Below, one piece after another: positions 56,722-64,000 of a DNA stretch of 64,000 bases. This DNA comes from Chthoniobacteraceae bacterium (GTDB lineage Bacteria > Verrucomicrobiota > Verrucomicrobiia > Chthoniobacterales > Chthoniobacteraceae). The stretch is taken from contig JBBCKB010000006.1 in NCBI GenBank assembly GCA_037189965.1, positions 13,926 through 77,925 on the forward strand, read 5' to 3'. The notes below the pieces were generated by a model. The model saw only the letters and a program-made list of their open reading frames with translations, searched no databases and was not told where the DNA came from. Every line of letters starts with the position of its first letter. The stretch's first letter is position 1. The translations under genes were made by a program, and so were the position numbers.

Positions 56722-57111
56722 CTACATGGCGACGACGCAGTCGATCTCAACATCAATGTTGATCAACTGCGCGCCGATGGTGGTGCGGGCCGGGCGGTGG
56801 GGGCCGAAGAAGGCTTCAAACGCGCGGTTCATGGCCGCAAAGTTTGTCTCCGTAAGCTGCTGGAGGTAGACGCGCACGCTGACGACGTTGCGAATATCGG
56901 CCCCGGCTTCCTTGGCGACGCGCTCCAGACACTGGAGGGTGCGGGTGGTCTGCTCCTCGATGGGGCCGCCCACCATTTTCTGCTGCTCGGGGTCCCACGG
57001 GCCATGCCCGGAGATAAAGAGGAACTTGCCTTCGGCCACGACGCCCAGCCCGTAAGGGCGGCGTTTGGGGTCGGAGCCTCCGGGGACGGTGTCGATACGC
57101 TGGATGTTCAT
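56722..57111 (-). CDS. RidA/YjgF-family reactive-intermediate deaminase
   Basis: FISGHGPWDP...QTTRTLQCLERVAKEAGADIRNVVSVRVYL...PARTTIGAQL. 129 aa. Confidence 0.8.
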   Translation of the reverse strand: MNIQRIDTVPGGSDPKRRPYGLGVVAEGKFLFISGHGPWDPEQQKMVGGPIEEQTTRTLQCLERVAKEAGADIRNVVSVRVYLQQLTETNFAAMNRAFEAFFGPHRPARTTIGAQLINIDVEIDCVVAM

Positions 57112-57131
57112 AGACTTTAAGATCGGAAAGG

Positions 57132-58622
57132 CTACGCCCCGGCGTCGAGCGGAAAGACGGGCCGCCGCAGGAGCTGGTACGGGAGGGCGGCGAGGTCGCT
57201 CGTGCACGGGCCGATGGTGCGTACCCAGTAGCTGGCCTTGGCGATTTTATCGTACGCCTGCCGGTGGGCCACGGCGGCTTTGACGCCGATAAACGGCAAC
57301 GCAGAGGGCTCCACACCCTGGCTGCGCCATTGCCCAAGATCCATCGGCGCATGGCGCAGGGAGGTGATCAAAAGGGTGACGCCCCCCACCTCTACGACGG
57401 CGCTAGGGCCCATCTGCATCTGCACGCCGCTCATGGAGGCGGCGTGGCTGTGGCGGTCTTCCAGCTCGTAGTTGCCATCAGTCAAGCGGATGAGCCGGGC
57501 GCGCACGGAGACGGGGCCGGGGTCTGCCGGGTAGGTTTTGCCGCCGACCTGCAGGTCGTGCTCGGTGCCGGGCTCCTGCGTGTGCAGGTAGGCAGCCACC
57601 TCAGGGTCGCACAGGACGACGCCGCCTTGCAGCCCGCGCTCCAACAGGGCGCGGAGGATGGAGGTGCCATCTCCGGTGGCGCCGCCGCCGATATTGTCCG
57701 CCGGCTCCACGAGCAGGGTGGGGTATTGGTTTTTCTCCAGCGCGTCGGTGATGGCGGCCCCCAGCTCCCATTCATGAGGGAGGCCCAGCTCCCGCTCGGC
57801 CACGGCGGTGGAGTGGAGGCGCTCCTCCACAGCGGCGAGGCGCTCGGGGGAGACTTGCGCGGGGTCGTAGACGATGGAGAAGGAGACGCCGGTGTGCGGC
57901 GTATCGGCCTGGGCAAACCCGGCAAAGACGTTGACGGCGGCGATGCCCTCGCGCTCTTCCTCCCGCGCGATGGCCTCCAGCGTGGCCATGGGGGCCACGG
58001 CGGTGCCGGTGCCGGGCGGCGGCCAGAGGAGGTTGGTGCCCCGGAAGCGGGTGGCTAGGGTGCGCCCGGCATTGAGGCTCTCCTCCAGCAAGCGGGCGCA
58101 GCGGGTGCCTGTTTCGGCGGCGTCGGTGTGCGGGTTTTTAAGGTAGACGAGGAGGCCGTTGGAGTGCTCGGCCATGGCGGGGGTGAAGTTGGCATGCAGG
58201 TCGAGCACGCCGAAGATCGGCACGTGGGCAAAGGCGGGCTTGGCGCGCAGCCGGGCGAGGAGGGTGCCCTCCACATCCGGGCAGCCGGGGCCTGCCATGG
58301 CTCCGTGGAGGATGAGGCAGATGGCGTCCAACCCTTGCGCGGCTTCTGTTTCGGCAAAGGCGTCGAGAGCGGTGAAGGCGGTATCGACCACTTCGCGCGA
58401 GGGCATCGCCCCCGGGGTGCCGCGGATGTCGATGACGGGGAGGACCTCCCAGCCGAAGCGCTCAGCCTCTTCGAGCACGGCTCCGAGCGGCGAGCCATTA
58501 CCCCGGGCGGCGAGAAGCTCCTCCCCCCGGGCGACGGCAAATTGGTCGAGCCCCATTTCTCCCGGGGCGAAGGTGTTGGTTTCGTGGAAGAGACCGGCGA
58601 GGAGGATGCGTTTACGGGCCAT
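57132..58622 (-). CDS. M81-family metallopeptidase (MlrC-like)
   Basis: MARKRILLAGLFHETNTFAP N-terminal signature. 496 aa. Track ORF trimmed to ATG at 58622. Confidence 0.75.
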   Translation of the reverse strand: MARKRILLAGLFHETNTFAPGEMGLDQFAVARGEELLAARGNGSPLGAVLEEAERFGWEVLPVIDIRGTPGAMPSREVVDTAFTALDAFAETEAAQGLDAICLILHGAMAGPGCPDVEGTLLARLRAKPAFAHVPIFGVLDLHANFTPAMAEHSNGLLVYLKNPHTDAAETGTRCARLLEESLNAGRTLATRFRGTNLLWPPPGTGTAVAPMATLEAIAREEEREGIAAVNVFAGFAQADTPHTGVSFSIVYDPAQVSPERLAAVEERLHSTAVAERELGLPHEWELGAAITDALEKNQYPTLLVEPADNIGGGATGDGTSILRALLERGLQGGVVLCDPEVAAYLHTQEPGTEHDLQVGGKTYPADPGPVSVRARLIRLTDGNYELEDRHSHAASMSGVQMQMGPSAVVEVGGVTLLITSLRHAPMDLGQWRSQGVEPSALPFIGVKAAVAHRQAYDKIAKASYWVRTIGPCTSDLAALPYQLLRRPVFPLDAGA

Positions 58623-58633
58623 GGGTAAAAAGA

Positions 58634-59677
58634 TCAGGCAGGGAGCAGGTGGGCGATGACTTCGATCTCCGCCGTCTGCGCAAACATGTCGAGTGGGGTG
58701 ACGCTGGAGAGCCGGTAGCTGCGGCAGAGGACTTGCAGATCCCGCGCGAGGGTGGCGGGGTTGCACGAGACGTAGAGGATCTCGCGCGGGCGCGCGGCAA
58801 GCAGGGTATCCAACACCCGGGGGGAGACGCCTGCCGCCGGGGGGTCCAAAATCACCGCCGGGGGGAGCCCCGGCTCGGCGAGGACGGTGGGGAGGTATTC
58901 CTCCACGGGCCCGGCGTAGTAGCGCTCGCGGGGGCTGGCCTGCGAGCGGGCGTGGGCGACGGCAAATTCGTTCTCCTCAATGCCAGTCACCAGGTCGTAC
59001 CGCTCGCGCAGGTGGCGGGAGAAGAAGCCCGCGCCGCAATACGCATCGACCAGCCGCCCGCCGGGGGTGAGGAGCGCTTCGACTTCGGCGAGCAGGGCGC
59101 GGCCCACTTCGGGGTTGGTTTGCTCAAAGAAGCGGGGGTTTCCCGCCTGGGCGATGGTGTAGTCTCCATCAGGCCGGGGCTTGGCCCGGAAGGCGGCGAG
59201 CCGGTCGTTGACTTCGGGCGAGGCAATGGGGCAATGCGCCACATCCACCAAGGCATCGGCCCCGTGCGCGTAGAAGCCGATGACGCCGCCGAGCGCGTGC
59301 ACGCGGATGCGGTTGCGGTACCCATAGGGCCGGGGCGAGGGGAGGGTGGGGCGCATCGGCACCTCCGCGAGCCGCCCCACGCGGCGCAAGGTTTGCTCTA
59401 CCTGCCGCGCCTTGGCGGTGAGCTGCGCGGGGTAGGCCATCATCTGGTAGGCGCAGCCGCCGCACCGGGTAAAGAGCGGGCACTCGGGCTCCACGCGGTC
59501 GGGGGAGGGAGTATCGACGGAGAGCAGCTCGGCCTGTGCAAATTTCTTCTTCCGGTGATGGATCGCCACGGTGACGGTATCTCCCGGGATCGTGAAGGGG
59601 GTGAAAACGGCCATGCCGTCCTCGGTGCGGCCTACACCGGAGCCGCCAAAGGCAAGGTCGTGGATCGTCAGTTGCAC
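58634..59677 (-). CDS. Class I SAM-dependent RNA (uracil-5)-methyltransferase, TrmA/RumA family
   Basis: N-terminal TRAM-like barrel, Fe-S Cys cluster CPLFTRCGGCAYQ, SAM motif VDAYCGAGFF, catalytic YVSCNPATLARD. Confidence 0.8.
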   Translation of the reverse strand: MQLTIHDLAFGGSGVGRTEDGMAVFTPFTIPGDTVTVAIHHRKKKFAQAELLSVDTPSPDRVEPECPLFTRCGGCAYQMMAYPAQLTAKARQVEQTLRRVGRLAEVPMRPTLPSPRPYGYRNRIRVHALGGVIGFYAHGADALVDVAHCPIASPEVNDRLAAFRAKPRPDGDYTIAQAGNPRFFEQTNPEVGRALLAEVEALLTPGGRLVDAYCGAGFFSRHLRERYDLVTGIEENEFAVAHARSQASPRERYYAGPVEEYLPTVLAEPGLPPAVILDPPAAGVSPRVLDTLLAARPREILYVSCNPATLARDLQVLCRSYRLSSVTPLDMFAQTAEIEVIAHLLPA

Positions 59678-59679
59678 AG

Positions 59680-59728
59680 GTGGAAAGAAAAGAGGCTTTC
59701 GTCCTTTTTGGGGAGCGAAAGCCTCTTT
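59680..59728 (-). terminator. Rho-independent terminator after the TIGR04073-like gene
   Basis: 12-bp perfect stem AAGAGGCTTTCG/CGAAAGCCTCTT (59690-59701 / 59716-59727) with a 14-nt loop, followed on the minus strand by TTCTTTCC. Confidence 0.65.
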
Positions 59729-59747
59729 GGAAATGGTTTTTTAAATC

Positions 59748-60164
59748 CTAGTACCCGTGGTAAGTGCGGGAGTAGTTGAAGCGGGTCTCAAAGCCAAGCT
59801 CGGGTGGGAACTCGGTGTAGCCGTGGTAAGCGCCCCAGATATAGGCCGAGGAGTACGGCGGGCGGTAAGAGCCCTTGTAGGTGGGCGCGGGGCTCGTGGC
59901 GATCTCGTAGATGCCCTTGCCAAAGCGGTAGAAGGCGCGGTGGACGCCCTGAACGATCCCAAAGCCAAACGCGGCGCTGTTGCCCTCAACATCGTTGGTG
60001 GCAGACATGGTGAAGGGGATTTCCGACCAACCGTAGAGGACGTTGGAGATGCCGCGGCCAAGCTTGCGCACCGGGGTGTGCTGCGAGGCCGGCGGGCTTT
60101 GGATATCGGCAACGGCCGCCCCGGCAAAGGCAACCACCAGCGAGAGCGAAAGGAGGAACTTCAT
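59748..60164 (-). CDS. Exosortase-system-associated small secreted protein (TIGR04073-like)
   Basis: Signal peptide, then RKLGRGISNVLYGWSEIP, which matches my recollection of the KLGRG..N...GW.EIP family signature. 138 aa. Confidence 0.6.
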   Translation of the reverse strand: MKFLLSLSLVVAFAGAAVADIQSPPASQHTPVRKLGRGISNVLYGWSEIPFTMSATNDVEGNSAAFGFGIVQGVHRAFYRFGKGIYEIATSPAPTYKGSYRPPYSSAYIWGAYHGYTEFPPELGFETRFNYSRTYHGY

Positions 60165-60274
60165 AAGCGTGTAAAGGGGAGGTTAACGAAACCGTGGCTC
60201 AAAAGGCAATGCCTTTCTTAGTGGCCGGTATTGCCGCGTTAAGTGATCTGCCGGCTCGGGGCGAGAGCGGGCAA

Positions 60275-60342
60275 CTGTAGGGCGTCTCTGTGAGACGCCG
60301 TGGGGTTGGACTGCCGTCTCACAGAGACGCCTTATAGTTCAC
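60275..60342 (+). repeat. REPIN-like element, unit H
   Basis: CTGTAGGGCGTCTCTGTGAGACGCCGTGGGGTTGGACTGCCGTCTCACAGAGACGCCTTATAGTTCAC. Confidence 0.9.
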
Positions 60343-60533
60343 GGCAACCCGTCGGGAAACGGGCACGCCATCCAAAAGTCAAGGGGGGGCTCAGGGGGCC
60401 GGTTGGAGCGTTTGACCGCGGACCGCGAGATTTTTTCGTTAACGGAGGAATCCTAAAGCGCTACAAGGAAGCCCCCCCCTCCCAAAGAATCCGGCTTGCC
60501 CTTTGGGCCGGGCAAAGCGACCGTAGCCAACCT

Positions 60534-61310
60534 GTGATTGCCGCTCTCCAACGTTGCCTTGGCTTCCTCGGCGTTTACGCCATGCTGGTGGGGATGCTCC
60601 CTGCCTCCGCCCCGGCGGCGGATTATAACGCCCTCATCCTCAAAGAAATCGGCTCCATGCCGCAAGGCGGGCGCTATGCTGTCACCCGCGAAGCGGCCGT
60701 GGCGCTGCGCTCCTCCGTGCAGCAGGAAGGCTCGGCCTTGCGCATCGCCCCCGGAGCGGCGCGGCCCAGCTACTGCTCTGGAGCCACCTACCTCGTCTTT
60801 CTCAAAACGCTGGAGCAACTGCGCCGCAGCGGAAGCATCGAGCTGCCCGCCGAGGCCCAGCGCGCCCTTCTCATCGCCGGGCAGCCAGATGGGCACGGCG
60901 TCTGGGGTCGGTGGAATGCCAATGGCCCCGGCACCGCCCGCCTCTTCCACGAGCTCGGCCTCGGCCGCAACTTCGAAGGGTACGAACAAGCCCGCCCGGG
61001 CGACTTCATGAAGATCTTCTGGACCAAAGAAGTCGGCAGCCACGAGCGCGGCCACTCCGTCGTCTACCTCGGGCGCGAAATGCGCGATGGGCAGGAGCAC
61101 GTCCGCTTCTGGTCGAGCAACCAGCCCGATGGCTACGGCACCAAGAGCGTGCCGCGCTCCAAAATCGCCTACGCCCTCTTCTCCCGGCTGGAGCACCCCG
61201 AGACCGCCGCAAAGGCAAGCAGCCTCCCCCGGGCAGATGCCTATCTCGCCGGGCTTTTGAAGGTGCGCTCCTCCCCCGCCGAGGTGCGGGCTAAAAGCGG
61301 CATCCGGTAG
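60534..61310 (+). CDS. Secreted NlpC/P60-like (papain-fold Cys-His) hydrolase, hypothetical
   Basis: PSYCSGATYLVF (xCSG nucleophile context) and ARPGDFMKIFW...GHSVVYLG (PGD...H-x-x-x-Y-x-G), as in C40 peptidases. Start uncertain (GTG 60534 or ATG 60582). The upstream part of the track ORF is REP-derived. Confidence 0.45.
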   Translation: MIAALQRCLGFLGVYAMLVGMLPASAPAADYNALILKEIGSMPQGGRYAVTREAAVALRSSVQQEGSALRIAPGAARPSYCSGATYLVFLKTLEQLRRSGSIELPAEAQRALLIAGQPDGHGVWGRWNANGPGTARLFHELGLGRNFEGYEQARPGDFMKIFWTKEVGSHERGHSVVYLGREMRDGQEHVRFWSSNQPDGYGTKSVPRSKIAYALFSRLEHPETAAKASSLPRADAYLAGLLKVRSSPAEVRAKSGIR

Positions 61311-61364
61311 TGCTTGCCTTTGGCCAAGCCCCTCTGGAAAAATGCGCCGCCTTTCCCCGCACTC

Positions 61365-62459
61365 ATGAAAATCCTCGACCGCTACATTGGCAAAGAAGTC
61401 CTCTCGACTTCGCTCTTCGCCGTAGCGGTATTGAGCCTCGTCCTCGTCCTGGGCAACGTCTTCAAGCAGCTCCTCGATCTGCTGGTCAACCACGACGTGC
61501 CGTTGGACGCCATCCTCTCCTTCATCGGCTACATCCTCCCGTTCTCGCTCACCTTCACCATCCCGTGGGGGTTCCTTACGGCGGTGTTGCTGGTGTTCGG
61601 CAAGATCTCGGCGGAGAACGAGCTGCTGGCCCTGCGCTCCAGCGGGGTGAGTATGGCTCGGCTGTGCGCTTCCGTGGGCGTCATCGCCGTGGCCTTCTCG
61701 TTGATCTGCCTTTGGATCAACGTCTCCGTCGCCCCGCGCGCGCAGGAGAAAATGAAGAACGCCCTCTTCAACATCGCCACCAGCAACCCGCTCGCCATGT
61801 TTGGCAGCGACCAGGTGATCGAGGAGTTTCCCGACAAGAAGATCTACGTCGAGCGCAAGGAAGGGCGCTCGCTCTACAACATCATCGTCTACAGCCTCGG
61901 CGAGCATGGAGAGCCTGTCTCCGTCATGCATGCCCACGAAGGCGAGCTGGAGACCGACCTTGAGAACAAACAGGTGCTCATGCACCTCAAAAACGCCCGG
62001 TACGAACAGCGGGATGAATCGTCGCCCAACGACTTCTCCAAAATCCGCATCGGCACCATGCGCGAGGGGACCTTCCCCATCTCTCTCCAGGAGCTTTACG
62101 AAAAGAACCGCAAACGCCGCGGCCTGAGCCAAGCAACCCTTCAGGAGTTGTTGAAGGTCGATGACCAGAAGCAGCTCAGCGCGGCGAAGACGGAGGTCAA
62201 CAAACGCTTCTCCTTCTCCCTGGCCTCCCTTGCCTTTGCGCTCGTGGGCATCCCGCTAGCCATCACCGCGCACCGCAAGGAGACTTCCATCGGCTTTCTT
62301 TTTTCGCTCGTCGTAGCGTTTGTTTACTTCTTCTTCATCATCCTCGTGGAGAACGTGCAAAATAACCCGAGCTACTACCCGCATTTGCTCATCTGGATGC
62401 CCAATGTCATCTTCCTTGGGCTGGGTGCGTGGCTCTTCTCGCGGCTTGCACGCCAGTAA
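61365..62459 (+). CDS. LPS export ABC transporter permease, LptF/LptG (YjgP/YjgQ) family
   Basis: MKILDRYIGKEVLSTSLFAVAVLSLVL..., 6-TM pattern with a central periplasmic beta-jellyroll region. Confidence 0.85.
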   Translation: MKILDRYIGKEVLSTSLFAVAVLSLVLVLGNVFKQLLDLLVNHDVPLDAILSFIGYILPFSLTFTIPWGFLTAVLLVFGKISAENELLALRSSGVSMARLCASVGVIAVAFSLICLWINVSVAPRAQEKMKNALFNIATSNPLAMFGSDQVIEEFPDKKIYVERKEGRSLYNIIVYSLGEHGEPVSVMHAHEGELETDLENKQVLMHLKNARYEQRDESSPNDFSKIRIGTMREGTFPISLQELYEKNRKRRGLSQATLQELLKVDDQKQLSAAKTEVNKRFSFSLASLAFALVGIPLAITAHRKETSIGFLFSLVVAFVYFFFIILVENVQNNPSYYPHLLIWMPNVIFLGLGAWLFSRLARQ

Positions 62460-62474
62460 ATTTTCCCCTTCACC

Positions 62475-62795
62475 ATGGTTCACCACGTTGCGCTTTTCAG
62501 CCTCAAGCCCGAAGTCACCCCCGCCAAGGTGGAGGAGATGATGCGGCAGACGCGCATCAGCCTGCTCAAAATTGACGAAGTGTGCGCCGTAAAGTGCGGG
62601 CGCAATGTCGAGGCGCAGAACCAGTGGGGCTTCTTCATGGCGATCGACGTGGAGTCGATGGATAAGCTCGCCGTCGTCGAGCAGAGCGCCATCTTCCTCA
62701 AGTACACCGAAGAGGTGATCAAGCCCAACACCCTCTCGCAGGTCAACCTCAACTACGAGATGGACCCCGTGCGCCCCGAGATCAGGTATATCTGA
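62475..62795 (+). CDS. Dabb-family stress-responsive alpha/beta-barrel protein
   Basis: MVHHVALFSLKPEVTPAKVEEMM... (HhVlfk pattern), 106 aa. Confidence 0.7.
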   Translation: MVHHVALFSLKPEVTPAKVEEMMRQTRISLLKIDEVCAVKCGRNVEAQNQWGFFMAIDVESMDKLAVVEQSAIFLKYTEEVIKPNTLSQVNLNYEMDPVRPEIRYI

Positions 62796-64000
62796 AGCCG
62801 CTCGCGGAGGTGCTCGATATGCGCCTCCTCAATCCCGAAGGGGGGCGTAAACCCGAGCACATTCCCCTCGGGCCCGCTTTGCAGGAGGATGAGCCCCTCC
62901 CCCAGCGCCCGGCGCACCAGCGCATTCGTCTGCGCGCCATCGAGCGCCAGCTCCACCCCCACCAGCAACCCGAGCCCGCGCACGTCGCGGATGAGCGGGC
63001 TCTCCAGCGTGCGCAACGCCTCTAAAAGCATGCGCCCCTTCTCCTGCACCATTGGGCCAAGCGCCGGGTCGGCATGCGCCCTGAGCGAAGCGAGCGCCAT
63101 TGCGCAGCCGAGCGGGTTCCCCAAAAACGTGCTCGTATGCAGCGCCTCGCCTTGGGTGGGGGGCCATGCATCCATCACCGCCGCGCGGCCCACGCAGGCC
63201 GAGAGAGGGAAGCCGCCCGTAAGCCCCTTGCCCAAGCAAATCAGATCGGGCACCACCCCCGCGTGCTCGCACGCAAAGAACGCCCCCGTGCGGTGGAAGC
63301 CGGTGTAGATTTCATCCAGAATAAGCACCGCTCCGTACTGGTCGCACAAGCGCCGCAGCAGGGGCAGGAACCCCGGGGGCGGAATCCGCTCCCCCCCGCG
63401 CCCCTGTACCGGCTCCGCCAGCACCGCACCCACTTCGCCGGTGGAAAGCGCCGCCTCCAAGGCAGCCTCCAGCGTCTCCAGCTCGCCCGAGGGGTAAGGG
63501 AGCCAGCGCGCAAACTGCCCAAGCTGCGGGCCAAACGGATCGCGAAAAAACGGATTCCCCCCCACCTCCAACGCGCCATAGCCGAGCCCGTGATAGCCGC
63601 CTTCAAACGCCACCACCCCGCGCCGCCCCGTGGCGAGCAGCGCCGTCTTGAGCGCCGCCTCCACCGCATCGGAGCCCGCGTTCCCAAGAAACACCTTGCC
63701 CACCCCCGCGCCCCAGCGCTCAAACGTCGCCGCCGAGAGCGCCTCGCAAAGCGCCGCCTTACCCAGCGCGGGGTGTACATCCCCCATGGCATGCAGCAGC
63801 CGCCCCGCCTGCTCGGTGAGCGCCTCGCGCACCGGCTCGGCCCCGTGCCCGAGCCCGCAGACGCCGAAGGCGCTGGTCCAATCCACAAAGCGGTTGCCAT
63901 CGGCATCCCACACATTCACCCCCTCCGCAAGATCCCAGAAGACTGGGTAATCGTGCGAAAGCCACGTCACATTGCGCGACTCATACCGCCGCAGCCGCTC
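62753..64000 (-). CDS. Class III pyridoxal-phosphate-dependent aminotransferase (acetylornithine/GABA aminotransferase-like), 5' end outside window
   Basis: GNAGSDAVEAALK, ILDEIYTGFHRTG, CLGKGLTGGFPLSA (PLP Lys), HTSTFLGNP. The reading frame is still open at base 64000. Confidence 0.85.
   Translation of the reverse strand, partial: ERLRRYESRNVTWLSHDYPVFWDLAEGVNVWDADGNRFVDWTSAFGVCGLGHGAEPVREALTEQAGRLLHAMGDVHPALGKAALCEALSAATFERWGAGVGKVFLGNAGSDAVEAALKTALLATGRRGVVAFEGGYHGLGYGALEVGGNPFFRDPFGPQLGQFARWLPYPSGELETLEAALEAALSTGEVGAVLAEPVQGRGGERIPPPGFLPLLRRLCDQYGAVLILDEIYTGFHRTGAFFACEHAGVVPDLICLGKGLTGGFPLSACVGRAAVMDAWPPTQGEALHTSTFLGNPLGCAMALASLRAHADPALGPMVQEKGRMLLEALRTLESPLIRDVRGLGLLVGVELALDGAQTNALVRRALGEGLILLQSGPEGNVLGFTPPFGIEEAHIEHLRERLQIYLISGRTGSIS

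Overview
GC-rich, densely packed chromosomal segment, probably from a PVC-superphylum bacterium (Verrucomicrobiota-like). Supporting markers are two DUF1559/H-X9-DG pseudopilin-like genes, a PEP-CTERM protein, a TIGR04073 exosortase-associated protein, and an RNR beta subunit with Chlamydia-type class Ic substitutions. I support about 58 protein-coding genes and found no rRNA, tRNA, CRISPR array, prophage or intact IS. The core content is housekeeping. It includes dnaA-dnaN with a consensus DnaA box, nrdB-nrdA-dcd, lon preceded by hsp20, rpoN, an RpoD-family sigma factor, argS, mnmA, fabI, glgA and glgE. It also includes a translationally coupled moxR-DUF58-transglutaminase operon, an LptF/G permease, two LysR regulators and several transporters and peptidases. 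The main non-coding signal is a dispersed family of about 65-75 bp double-hairpin palindromes (REP/REPIN-like, GTAG-headed): 10 units at 8 intergenic loci. At 14988-15714, two near-identical direct-repeat arrays of these elements flank a small HUH/Tyr transposase gene of the RAYT type. That gene is split by a one-base frameshift in a T4 run. Three larger palindromic elements (24819-24985, 27365-27442, 41251-41417) have CTAG/TAG-containing arms. Several genes end exactly on the TAG supplied by a palindrome arm. The main accessory locus is 43176-51911. It holds a GntR/PBP regulator divergent from a PEP-CTERM protein, a BNR sialidase-like protein, a DUF1559 pseudopilin-like protein and a 1450-aa secreted multidomain protein. 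All functions come from motif recognition by eye. Repeat coordinates are good to about 2 nt, and novelty cannot be established without database searches.
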